From: Eledone cirrhosa
Lineage: Eukaryota
DNA length: 64,000 nucleotides
Assembly: GCA_964016885.1 (NCBI GenBank)
Contig: OZ024750.1
Coordinates: forward strand, 46,314,001 to 46,378,000
Reading direction: 5' to 3'
Positions within the stretch are counted from its first letter, which is position 1. Every line of letters begins with the position of its first letter. The translations under genes were made by a program, and so were the position numbers. Below are positions 26,110 through 38,970 of this stretch, piece by piece. The notes under the pieces are model-generated. The model saw only the letters and a program-made list of their open reading frames with translations. It did no database searches and was not told the origin of the DNA.

Positions 26110-26750
26110 GATAAGTTATGATAGATTTGTAATGTGGTCTCCTTTTAAGGTGATAAGAGAGATGTTTAGATCATCTATTGGCGCCTTGTTTTCAAATGTT
26201 ATAAGTCTGGGAAATTGTAGTGTTTATATAAACAGTTAGGGTGTTGGATCGAATCCAGTCTATTTTGGTTTGTGCCGACAGTAAATTGTGCGTACAATCT
26301 TGTTATTTAGTAATTTGCTATTGTATTGTAAAATATAGAGTAATTCCATATTACATACTTTGTATTGGGACATCCCGTGATCGTAAGTCCTGGCATTAGA
26401 TAATTTAGACCAGCTTATTTTGTTTTCTTGATTGCTATCCGCAAGTTGCCAGATTTTATTGGCCAGCGCCGTCGTGTTTTGAGTTGGCGGTTTTTAATCG
26501 AGTGCCTATGCACATACCAGCGTTTGTATTTCCTCTTGTTGTTTGTATAGCTCAATATAAAAACGTTGTACCGCTGATTCCAAAATCAGTGTTTTGATAA
26601 TTTGCCTGGTATAAGCATTATTTAACATTGAATTTCACAATAACATTGGGGATAGTGATTTTAAGACGCCTTCGATTACATACTGGCCAATGAAACATAG
26701 GTTAATTCTTGGAATAAACCCTACTGTATAGGTTATCCGTGTTAATCTTC
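26110..26750 (-). mobile_element. Degenerate Penelope-like GIY-YIG fragment
   Basis: Reads HRHSIK..TTALANKIWQL...ISW on the minus strand; heavily interrupted. Confidence 0.5.
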
Positions 26751-26804
26751 ATTCATTCGTTATATATATACATACATACATACATACATACATACATACA
26801 TACA

Positions 26805-26864
<60 letters not shown>

Positions 26865-27598
26865 ATTTGTCGACGGGTAGTAGGAATTAGGTAATGATAT
26901 ATATATTAACCTTCCATTTAATAACATTTTCCCAAAATATAGAGAAGATAACTAACATTAATTATAATATAATTATCTCAACGAAGTATAATTAAACAAT
27001 AAATTTCAATTTTTACAAAACAGGTTGCGTATATCAACCTCAACGATAATAAAACCGAGCTTAATTAACCTTGCTAAGAGCAACATCCGATTAATTAAAA
27101 ATCTCACATTAAATATCACTGCTGATAGAATTAGATTTGTCAACAATCTTCTTTAATAGAACAATGGCAATAACATAATGAGCTGGCTTAATTATATTAA
27201 GGCAAATTTACTGAAATCTATAATGTTGAATGTTATTCCTTTGTGTTTCAAACCCCTAAGCTAGCCACCACATACAATATCATTAATAATAAGTACATAC
27301 AATATATTTTGTGAATGTCAAGCAGCCCTCGCCTTTCATTGAAATTATGGGATCGTTTCACGGCACAGAGTTACTCATCTTGTCGCCTTTTAAAACCTAG
27401 ATGTACTTCAGAATGTATTATTTTACGATAGATATGCATCTATATATACCAATATTAGGTTGGCCTTCTCACAAATTTAGAAAAGCTTTAATCATCAACT
27501 CCAACAAAGACATTTTTGTTAGTTTAGTTATTTTTGCGAGAAAGAATTATCCTGTCATCCCCACAAAAGCAAAATCAGTAGAATGTGTTTTTTCATAC

Positions 27599-27962
27599 CT
27601 GCATTGTGATTCTTACTTGGGCGGGATGCGTTCGTTTTCCTACCAATATTCTTATCCTCTTTGAAAGATCTCTTGCCTGTCTTTTTCAAATGGTGATTTG
27701 TTGTTCCTGAAGTGTTCCGCGACGGTCTTCTCCTATTCAACTGTTTTTTATCGTTTCTTGGTGACGATGATCTGTAATATTTCTTAATTTTTGAATGAAT
27801 ATTTTTTATCACTTGTGAACGAGTACGTTCCAGAGGGTTCCGATGATCTTTCGATGCACCTTCCCTTATGATTGGTCGACGAGTCGGGTATTTATCTCGG
27901 GACGAATTATTTGGCATCCAATATTCATAATTAACTCCTTTGTTGTGTTCTTTATAGAGTAA
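27599..27962 (-). CDS. ADAMTSL5: ADAMTS-like gene, exon F: spacer end plus Arg/Lys-rich linker
   Basis: Acceptor tttttctttctag, donor GCAG|gtatga; 364 nt, phase 0 to 1, no stops. Translates LLYKEHNKGVNYEYWMPNNSSRDK...SKNHNA; overlaps ORF 27555..27917. Confidence 0.88.
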
Positions 27963-28551
27963 CTAGAAAGAAAAACAACACGTATATTGGTTTTGAGGAA
28001 TAGTTAGAAGAAGGCGGGATTTATATGAAAGAATGGGCCAAAGAGGGCATAACACAGAAACAGTGACACATTTACAGATACAAAGAATAGATATAATATA
28101 TATGGTCTTTGAGTTTGGTCAGTTAAGGTAAGTACTATTACGTAATCTCTGCAAGATATTTACACTTTTATCAATACACAGCTTACAGGAAAATTCTCCA
28201 TTTCCGTCTGGCCTGGATTTGACTAGAACTTTCCATTGAATGGAGAAATTTATGTCAGCATACTTGAATGACCAAACGTGGCTTGCCAGCTTCGTAGACG
28301 ATCACTTATCAGAGTGTCTAAGGGTCGTCTGGTGGTTAAAGACGCATACTTTAAACCGGCCCTCCGACATACCTACATATGTTTTGACCTCATGCTCTTG
28401 ATTCGGTCGAGTGGATGTAACTTAAGCCTCATAAAAGACTGCGGGTGCGTTGCACTGTTGATGAGGAGAGCATGGTTCTGGCCTTCTGCTGGTTCTTTGG
28501 ACTTAGTTCTCAGTTTTCTACCTCCTACAGATAGGAGCTCCTGTTTTTTAC

Positions 28552-28585
<34 letters not shown>

Positions 28586-28587
<2 letters not shown>

Positions 28588-28776
28588 CGAAGGAAATGTG
28601 GTAAGGAACCAGGTGGACCATAACGCACCAAAGTACTCAATACTTGAGGTAGTAGAGTGGGTAATAGGAACCAGTAAGACCCCGACAGCTGAGCTCAAGC
28701 CGTTTCGACGGCTAATTCTGGACTCAGAATTAGCCGTCGAAACGGCTTGAGCTCAGCTGTCGGGGTCTTACTGGTT

Positions 28777-28780
<4 letters not shown>
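28586..28780. repeat. Perfect 56-bp hairpin plus ~80-nt tail between (TA)n tracts
   Basis: 28665-28720 is the exact reverse complement of 28725-28780; loop GACT. Confidence 0.95.
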
Positions 28781-28870
<90 letters not shown>

Positions 28871-28976
28871 TTGTTTGCGTTGATCATTATAAATGCTACT
28901 AGGCTACTACAACACATTAACTATGATAAGTCCACGAGTATCGAAGTGGTAAATTTTCTGATTTTAGTAACTTTAC

Positions 28977-29140
28977 CATCACAAAGATTTTCTCTTTTGT
29001 TGGTCCCACTATTCGAAGTGATTCATTCTTGTTTCCATGACGTTCGTAAAACAGTTCAGTTCCAGCAAGCATCTTCATTCTCGATGATTCAATTTTATAG
29101 TTTCCATTCAATTCAAACGTCTTGTTTGCCGACATCAATG
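28977..29140 (-). CDS. ADAMTSL5: ADAMTS-like gene, exon E: spacer domain
   Basis: Pyrimidine tract plus AAG acceptor, donor ATG|gtaaag; 164 nt, phase 1 to 0. Translates (A)LMSANKTFELNGNYKIESSRMKMLAGTELFYERHGNKNESLRIVGPTKEKIFVM (LNG...AGT...Y.R...E.L...GPT). Confidence 0.92.
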
Positions 29141-30717
29141 CTTTTTGTATGAAGAAGAAAACACAAAAAAAAATAAATAATATGAATATGTATTAAAAGA
29201 AGGATTTGCTCCTTTCCCTTTTTTTCTCCATTTTCTCTTTTCTTTTTTGTTTTCTTTCATTGTTTTCAGTTTTCTTTTTCTTAAATTATTTTTTAATGAT
29301 ATAAGTGCATAAATTAAATAATTGTTTCTACTGTTGGCACAAGGCCAGCAATTACCCAGTGCATTACTGGTACTTTATTTTATCGACCCCGTAAGGATGA
29401 AAGGCAAAGTTAACCTCGGCGGGATTTGAACTCAGAATGGCAAGGGCCGTAACTCTGTACGTCAAAGCATGGCGTCCGACCCTCTATCGATACTGCCAAT
29501 CCACCGCCCTAAATTAAATAATACATTGATACAACCCTTGGTGTGCACTTAATTCCCATTTCCTTTACGTAATTACATTTCAACCCCCACCACCCACACA
29601 ACTCTAAAATCAAAGAGGGAGCCTCTATCTTGGTTTTTAATTGCTAGAATTTAACAGCCCAATCTCCCAGCACCATGTATATGGATATATACAAAGAGAA
29701 TAACAAACTAGAAAATCGGGTTATAAAATCCCTGTTTTTACATTAGCTATCCGCTGAGAATCGCTATGATTTTGCTTATTCTATTTGGATAGCAGAGTTG
29801 TTCTCAGTGCAGAAGCCACTACTGGAAATAAGTTGCTATAAATTGAACTACAACAGGACGAGATACAACAACTTACCATAGCTCAAAATAAAATATTATC
29901 TGTCAATTAGCAAAGAAGACTAAGCTAAAACCTGTAATATATGAACCACAGGATGCTACAAACTGGAAACAAAACACAATTATGAGATAGAACATTATGT
30001 ATAACAAAGGAAGCTGTGTCTGAAGTTAGAAAAAGTAGATAATAATAAAAAAAAATATAGTTCGGACAGCGGTCCTTGAACTGAAATGAAAGGTGATAGA
30101 GGAGAGAAAAGGCAGCTGCACTGTACTGCTGGGCGGCCCGGTGTGAGAATAACCGAAAGTGATTGACGTTGGGGTGACGGGTCAAAGTGAGAGAATATAT
30201 GGACAGGTGGAAGAATGTGGAGAGATATAGAAGGAATACAGAGAGAAAAGAGAGAGAAACAGATTGAAAATAAAGAGAGAAAGAAAGAGGGTGAAAGAGG
30301 GAGAGAGAGAGAGATCACAAGTAGGTAGTAGTAACATGTTAATATATATGTTTGAAGCGGCCTGGGTGTTCTAGAAGCAATTATATATTATAAGTCAGAG
30401 AGCTTCTCAACTCCTTATGCTTGTATTACTGGTATAGTGATGTTTGAGAAGACTTTGGGAATTACAAACCACTAAGTCCAACATTACCAGTAATGTACTG
30501 GTTATTTGCTGGCCTTGTGCTAAAAGTAGAAACAATTATTTTCACAGCTGCTACTTCTAACAAGTACTGTTCAATATCATTTTTTGTATAATGCCGTATT
30601 ATTGCTTTTCAGATCTTTTTATATAATTCTTAAAAAAATTTGTTCACACCAATATGAACTAACACACACCGAAAAATTGGATCAAAATGAACAATTTTCT
30701 TTTTCATCAACAATGCG

Positions 30718-30757
<40 letters not shown>

Positions 30758-30801
30758 AAGTTAAATAAAAGTTAAATGATTAAAATTTAGCTTCGTTTAT
30801 T

Positions 30802-30856
30802 ACTGCTATATATATTTCAGTGACAGCCATCTTTGGCTGTGACCTCTTCAGGCAGT
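30802..30856 (-). ncRNA. Minimal type I hammerhead ribozyme motif
   Basis: ACTGC-CTGAAGA-GGTCACAGCC-AAAGAT-GGCTGTCACT-GAAA-TATATA-TA-GCAGT; intact core and stems. Confidence 0.85.
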
Positions 30857-31020
30857 TTGAATTAGTATGGTATAGACAAGTACATATGTTGTTTAGGTGT
30901 ATAATATTGTCAATACTCTGATATGCCCAGTTCCTTGTTGGGTTATTTCACTGAGGAACTGGAGATATATATATTTATTAAAATAACAGATTAAAGTTAT
31001 TATTATTACTATATATATAG

Positions 31021-31366
31021 AAAGGATAATAAGGACGATTGGTTACTCCTTCATTACATTTATTGGTAGGTGACGCGCGTTTCGCCACTGATCAGCTCAA
31101 GGTTAGATCTGTATCGATCCTACCCGAAGGGTCCGTCGAGCTGCCGATCATTGAGTCGGGGAGGATCAATACAGATCGAACCTTGAGCTGATCAGTGGCG
31201 AAATGCGCGTCACCTACCAATAAATGTAATGAAGGAATAACCAATCGTCCTTGTTATCCTTTCAATATATTACACTCTGTATAGCTCTACACCTCATCAC
31301 AGAAGTGAACCTAAACACCTTTTGCTCACCTGGGTGAACCTGCAGTAACTCCAAGTTACAACCCCT

Positions 31367-31368
<2 letters not shown>
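31021..31368. repeat. Fold-back (~107-bp arms) plus tail; single arm repeated at 36362-36451
   Basis: 31021-31127 pairs with 31156-31262. Contains the hammerhead 3' half GCGAAACGCGCGTC. Confidence 0.9.
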
Positions 31369-31458
<90 letters not shown>

Positions 31459-31829
31459 CTGTGTACATAATTGTTTTACTTTTAGCACAAGGCCAGCAAT
31501 AATTGCAGTGTATTACTAGTACTTTATTTTATCGACCCCGTAAGCATGAAAGGCAAAGTTAACCTCTATTTCATCTTATCTCACACCGTAAAGGGACGTA
31601 ACTATGATAGAAAGCATGGCGTCCGACCCTCTACCCATACTGCCAATCCAATATAACAAAGAATCGACGGATGAGCTCTTGCCATTTCAACTAGCTATTA
31701 AAACGGCAAGAGCCTAGACAACGAGCCCCAACTTTTTATAATATAGCCATACTCTACTATCCCAAGTATCGAGTACTCTGTAGGGTAATGGTCTAACTAG
31801 TTTATAACTCGTTCTATCTTGACCTAACA

Positions 31830-32765
31830 TCTTTCGGTCATCCCTTCTCATTCAAATTTCGAACACCCTTTTTAGAATCCTTGCTGTTTTCTGCAACCAT
31901 CCTGGCTTTGTGGTAATTTCTATCTTCTCAAGCCATGCATCCAAACTTTTTCTAACTCCTACCACTGCGCCAACCACAATCGGCACCACTTCTACGTGTC
32001 TGACGACTCTCCACGGCTTCCTGATTTCTCTCTTCAGTTGCTGGTATTTCTCAACTTTCTCATTTTACTTCTCATTTACCCCGTGGTCCCACAGTGAAGC
32101 AATATTCAAAATATATCCTTCGTTATTCTACTTTTCTACAACAATTTCAGGGTTTCTATCCACGATAAAATGGTCGCACTGGATCATGCCACACAAGATC
32201 TTATACTGTTCATTTTTCAGCCACCCTCGCCAGTTAGTGTTCATACTATTTCTCACTTCTACTCATGTCATATGACACAGCTTCCAATGAACCAATCTGG
32301 CAATGTTATCGTCTCTTCTCTTGTCTTCTTTCTGGGCAAGTATCTTACATTTACTAATGGGCCTTCATTGGACCTTCACTCTACATCAGACTATAGGTGA
32401 GGAAGATGAAAGACCAAGGGAGCACCCCTTCTCTGTGCTCCTGAGGAGAAGGGTTGCACACTTTTTTCGGGGGTGTGTGCGACCCCCCAAGGCGCCTCCT
32501 CTCTATTGAGGACTTTGTTATAAATTTTATTTTTTGTTATATTTTATTTTATTTTTATATATTGTTATTGCCGCCTCCTTATTGAGGACGCCTTGTTTTG
32601 TAAACTCCCCCCTTGTACTTGTCCCACTTTTGATGCCCTGATGGCAAATAAAAGAAACATATCTTACATTTACTAATAATGTGGTTTATTGTTACACCTT
32701 TCTCACTACACAACCTACAAAGAGAAGAAATTCACTGACTTGTCAATATTGAACTTGATATATGA
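31830..32765 (-). mobile_element. R4/Dong-type fragment (CCHC finger + RLE), interrupted by Tx1 3'UTR
   Basis: Reads CRLCSEKGVTINHIISKCKILAQKE.KRR.DNIARLVHWKLC and EKVEKYQQLKREI..VEVVPIVVGA. Confidence 0.8.
32359..32659 (+). mobile_element. Tx1 3'UTR-only insertion with 18-bp TSD
   Basis: Near-identical to the reverse complement of 13231-13525. Flanked by TATCTTACATTTACTAAT at 32341-32358 and 32660-32677; interrupts an R4/Dong fragment. Confidence 0.92.
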
Positions 32766-32913
32766 TATTTTGCTCTCATTAATTCCACCGAGGTTAACTT
32801 TGCCTTTCATCCTTACGGGGGAGGGGGTCGATCAAATAAAGCACCAGTAATGCACGGGGGTAATTGCTGGTCTTGTGCCAAGAGTAGAAACAATTATTTA
32901 TTATAAACAATGA

Positions 32914-33136
32914 TCTATTAAATGCTACTAAAATTCTGTGATTGTGCTTGTCTGTTATTCAACACTGCCAAAACGACGCATAATGGGAAAATACTTTGAA
33001 AGGAAATGGGAATAGAAATGCAATAAAACAAGTTTCGCGTAAATAGAGAGAGGAAAATATAGAGAGAAAGAGATAGTGGTTATGAGAGAGTTGATTAAGA
33101 GAGAGAGAGTTGATTAAGAGAGAGAGAGTTGATTAA

Positions 33137-33180
<44 letters not shown>

Positions 33181-33535
33181 GAGAGAGAGAGAGAGAGCTG
33201 GTGGTGTTGTTGAATGAAATTATAACAAGTGACTTCAAAGAACGTATTACAGCATTACTGTACTTTGCTCGAATTTGGTGCCTGAATAAATATCAATTTA
33301 TATGTATCATATAACTTGTGTTAGAACAGTGTGTGTCTGTAATCAGTGTATATAGGTCACAGACAACCACCCAACACACACAGACATATATATATGTGTG
33401 AACCTTCCAATTTCATGTTATATTATATACATGTCTGTGTATATTTTAATTATTTAATAATTATTTTTAAGTGAACATGATTTCTCAAAAAGTATCTTTA
33501 ATTAAACGTGACCCAATGGGTCACGGGTGGTCTAG
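32914..33535 (+). mobile_element. Non-autonomous Helitron-like element, followed by a second copy 33536-35168
   Basis: A|TC 5' end; hairpin cgtgaccca-a-tgggtcacg just before CTAG|T. The 5' ~120 bp is repeated at 33540, and a second degenerate hairpin/CTTG end lies at 35140-35168. Confidence 0.65.
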
Positions 33536-33962
33536 TATACTACTAAAATTATGTGATTGTGTGCTTGTCTGTAATGTAATACAGCCAAAACAGTGCACGA
33601 TAGGGAAATACTTTGAAAGGATACAAATGGCATAAAACAAGTTTCGCGTAAATCGAAGCACGGGTTCCCCAGATACGGGCTTTTTCCTCTTTCTATACAT
33701 TATAACCCTCTCTCTCTCTATATATATATTATATATATATATATGAGGAACGATCGACTTTCGTCAAATCGGACCGAGGGAACAATGTTTCCGTTGGCCT
33801 TTCCAATTGCTAATACTATCTATCGGTCGCAACTCCAGGTAGAAGGAGCAACGTGAAATAAAGTGTCTTGCTCAAGGACATAACGCATCGCCTGGTCCAG
33901 GAATCGAACTCACAACCTTACGATTGCGAATCCAATTCTCTAACCACTCAGCCACACGCCTT

Positions 33963-35128
<1,166 letters not shown>

Positions 35129-35657
35129 ACTTGACTCCTCGTGACCCAACAGGTCACTGGTGGTCTTGTTATTAAAAAAAAAACTCTGCTTCTTAAGGAT
35201 ATCGACGGAGTAATACCAAACGTCGAATACCACAACAGCAACCCTAAATAAACTGTTAAATAACAATTCTTTCTTATCTTTTACAATTGGCATCTATTAG
35301 TAATCAAACATGAATATAGGGTTTCTCTTGTATGAAACAATAATTTATCAGATCGTAAATATCCCAATTTGGAGGATTATTCATATAACCGGTAATCTTG
35401 GTATATATAGCGTACCAGCCATGGGCTTCAAAAATCAAATATGCTCAATGCTGTTGCAGTCATTATTGACGATACGGGTCCACAACTATATGATAAAAAC
35501 TTGGATTTATGTATGGAGAGGAAGAAAAATAAGACTGGAAAACTATGACATTCGAAAATTAATATTATCAAACGAAGTAATTTCAGAAATGAGGGAAAAT
35601 GTAACGTTTTGGTTGATCAAGAAAAAGGGGGGAAATTAGAAATTATTCGTGCATTAC

Positions 35658-35741
35658 CTAAATAATTTCGGCTCATCTCTTGAATAGAAAGTTCAGTGGC
35701 TCCAACAGGTAATTCAAACATCTCATTGTAACCATTATTTT
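35658..35741 (-). CDS. ADAMTSL5: ADAMTS-like gene, exon D: spacer domain start
   Basis: Acceptor taaccttcag, donor G|gtaatg; 84 nt, phase 1 to 1. Translates (E)NNGYNEMFELPVGATELSIQEMSRNYL(A), matching the spacer motif GY.....P.GA......NYLA. Confidence 0.9.
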
Positions 35742-35845
35742 CTGAAGGTTAGACGGTGACAGATGTTAAAATAACAATGTAGAAAACAACATAGTATATA
35801 TATATATCCCCCCCCATATATATATATATATATTTATATATATAG

Positions 35846-35896
<51 letters not shown>

Positions 35897-36023
35897 TACG
35901 CATGTTTGTGTGAATGTATGTGATTATGTGTGCGTATATATGGATATATCTATATATGTGAATATATAAAAAAATAAAAAAATAAAAAAATAAAATAAAA
36001 AATGGCGCTCTACATGGCTGAAT

Positions 36024-36304
36024 ACAATAAGAGTAATCTGAGTTTTTCGAATATTAATAATAACATTCGATTCGTTTACAATTATGAAAACAAGCCACAT
36101 TTTTAAAACCATGTCAGTAGAATGAACCCTTCATTCTTGCTCTTGTCTTGGCATGTAAACAGAACTGCAGACACTAATGCCAACACAAGAGCAAGAATGA
36201 AGGGTTCATCCTACTGACATGGCTTTAAAAATGAGGCTGGTTTGCATAATTGCATACGCATCGAATGTTATTATTCATATTCGAAAAACTCAGATTACAT
36301 TTAT

Positions 36305-36307
<3 letters not shown>
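36024..36307. repeat. Fold-back (~130-bp diverged arms)
   Basis: 36024-36153 pairs with 36177-36307. Confidence 0.85.
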
Positions 36308-36362
<55 letters not shown>

Positions 36363-36599
36363 AAGGATAAAAAGGACGATTGATTATTCCTTCATTGCAT
36401 TTATTGATAGGTGACGCGCGTTTCGCCACTGATCAGCTCAAGGTTCGATCTATATATATATATATAACCAAATTTTAAACAAGGTTCATTGATTATTCAA
36501 TGAATATAGTTTTACAATAGATTAAAAGCACTCAACAAAGAATTTTTCTGGAATTGAACCATCAGCACAGTTGAGGTATGTCATACATCAATTCATGCA

Positions 36600-36661
36600 T
36601 TTTATCTGATGAGGACGTACTGAAAACACACCACAGTACCTCCGAAATATATATAATAAAA
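36600..36661 (+). ncRNA. Minimal type I hammerhead ribozyme motif
   Basis: TTTTAT-CTGATGA-GGACGTACTG..CAGTACCTCC-GAAA-TATATA-TA-ATAAAA. Confidence 0.85.
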
Positions 36662-36706
36662 CATATATTTTGATTATGTGAATGTACCCATGTATTAATA
36701 TTTTGG

Positions 36707-36743
<37 letters not shown>

Positions 36744-36749
<6 letters not shown>

Positions 36750-36980
36750 TAATAAAATAATGAATAAACAAAGAAACAGTTCCTTATATTAAAATTTTTT
36801 TAATATAAGGAACTGTTTCTTTGTTTATTCATTATTTTATTAATTTATCTTGACTCTGTTTTCCGTTAATTTTCACCGAAAATAGTTTTTGAATGCATCT
36901 TCTCTTTTCATGATATCCGGATTACATTGAGTTCTTCATACGGATTGGACACTACCGTAAATTTTTGGTAGATTTATCTA
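36744..36980. repeat. Fold-back (~50-bp perfect arms) plus tail
   Basis: ataaattaataaaataatgaataaacaaagaaacagttccttatattaaaa and its reverse complement, ending at ~36848. Confidence 0.85.
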
Positions 36981-37037
36981 CATATATATATATATATATA
37001 CATATACATATGTGTATGTGTGTGTGTGCATAATATG

Positions 37038-37345
37038 GGAGGGTCATGCTGCCAATAAAAACACACGCCCCTGTTAGTTTTCACATCAATATATTATAAA
37101 CTTCAAGTAGGTTAGTTTAATATCTGGATGGTTGTTTGTTTGCTTATTGTCAAACCTCTTTCGGCAGACAACCTCTTGATTGTGGGGTGTAGGGCAGAAG
37201 AAAGTAGAGACACAATCTGGAAGTTTATAATCAACTGAAGTGAAACCAACAGGAGCGTGTGTTTTTATTGGCCACATGACCCTTCCAAAGTATAAAAATA
37301 TCCGTCCAACACAGGTTTTCAGATAAGAAATCTTGCAAAACAAAT
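37038..37345. repeat. Fold-back made of the Penelope 3' terminus seen at 44630-44705 and 60380-60640
   Basis: 37038-37105 pairs with 37219-37286. The arm sequence gtgaaacc..gcgtgtgtttttattggc..catgaccc matches the PLE end. Confidence 0.85.
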
Positions 37346-37377
37346 ATATATATATATACATATGTATATATATTGTG

Positions 37378-37586
37378 AAGGCGTGTAGCTGAGGGGTTAG
37401 ATAATTGGATTCACAATCTAGGGGTTGTGAGTTCGATTCCTGGACCGGGCGATGCATTATATCCTTGAGCAAGACACTTTATTTCACGTTGCTCCTTCTA
37501 CCTTGAGTTGCGATAGATAGTATTAGCAACTGGAAAGACAAACGGAAACATTGTTTCCTCGGTCCGATTTGAGGAAAGTCGATCGA
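37378..37586 (+). mobile_element. tRNA-derived CORE-type SINE family 2
   Basis: Box B GAGTTCGATTCC and CORE-like TCCTTGAGCAAGACACTTTATTTCAC. Copies at 33748-33962(-), 37995-38185(+) and, degenerate, ~690-800(+). Confidence 0.85.
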
Positions 37587-37734
37587 TAAAAAAAACAAAA
37601 CAATGTATATATATACACGCACACATGCATATATATACACGCACACATATACACATATATACGCACACATACACACACATATATATATATATACACATAA
37701 ATACACACACACATACACATATATACTTATATAT

Positions 37735-37772
<38 letters not shown>

Positions 37773-38435
37773 GTATATAACAAACTTTGTGGAAGACCGG
37801 TGGTCGCCAATACATACCAGCCTCCTCTGTCCAGGCCACCGATGACCGACACAGCTTGGCACCAGTGGTATCGGAACTCATTTCTATACTGGACCAACGT
37901 GAAATAACTCCTCAGCGCATCACCCGGCCCAAGAATCGAACTCACAACTTCTCAATTGCAAGCGCGACGCTCTAACAACTAAACCATGCACATTCACTTG
38001 GATTCGCAATCGTGAGGTTGTGAGTTCGATTCCCATACCGAGCGATGCGTTATGTCATTGAGCAAGACACTTTATTTCACGATGCTCCTTCTACCCTGGG
38101 TTGCGACCGATAGATAGTATTAGCAATTGTAAAGACCAACGGAAACATTGTTCCCTCGGTCCGATTTGGCAAAAGTCGATCGTTCCTTATTATATATATA
38201 TATGTATGAGGGCGGTGTATTGGCAGTATCGGTAGAGGGTCGGACGCTATGCTTTGACGCATAGAGTTACGGCCCTTGCCATTCTGAGTTCAAATCCCAC
38301 CGATGTTAACTTTGCCTTTCAACCTTACGGGGTCGTTAAAATAAAGTACCAGTAATGTACTGGATAATTTCTGGCCTTGTGCCAATAGTAGAAACAATTA
38401 TGTATGTATGTATGTATGTATGTATGTATGTATGT

Positions 38436-38970
38436 ATAAAAGAGGTATAAGGATTCCTTGAAAGCCTCTCTGAAAGACGCTAACATCTCTGCTGATACAT
38501 GGGAAAATATTGCTGCTGATGGTAATAAATGGAGAAAGACTGTATATGAGGGAAAAGTTGCCTTTGAGGCATCTCGAATCGCATACGAGAAAGTAAAGCG
38601 GGATGTGAGGAAGGGCATTGCTGTTGCACTTCCAGACGGCGAGGGTCCTCCTATGGTGCTGACATGCAGCGTCTGTGCGAGACTCTGTCTAAGCAAAGCT
38701 GGACTCGAAAGTCATCTTCGCAGTCATAAAGTAAGACCAGTGGTTGACTACCAGGCTGCTGTTGGAGATGCTACTCATCATGCTTGCCAAACATGTGGTA
38801 GAGAATGTAAATCAGCAGGAGGGCTCAAGCGACATGCAAAAGTACACGAACTCCAACCACAGCCCACTATTCCCAGTGAAAGTTTTGGTTGCCGACTCTG
38901 TGCAAGACATTTTAGATCATTGGGTGGGCTAAAAAGCCACATTCGATCGCAGCGCTGTGAGTTGCTCTCG
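38436..38970 (+). mobile_element. RTE 3' fragment with three C2H2 zinc fingers
   Basis: Reads KRYKDSLKASLK..TWENIAAD..KWR, then CSVC..H..H, CQTC..H..H and CRLC..H. Confidence 0.85.

Noticed and set aside
31185-31220. CTGATCA...GCGAAA as a complete hammerhead
   Set aside because: C3:C8 mismatch and no stem I; only the 3' half is supported.
37378-37450. tRNA gene
   Set aside because: The A/B boxes belong to a multi-copy SINE head, with no proper cloverleaf.
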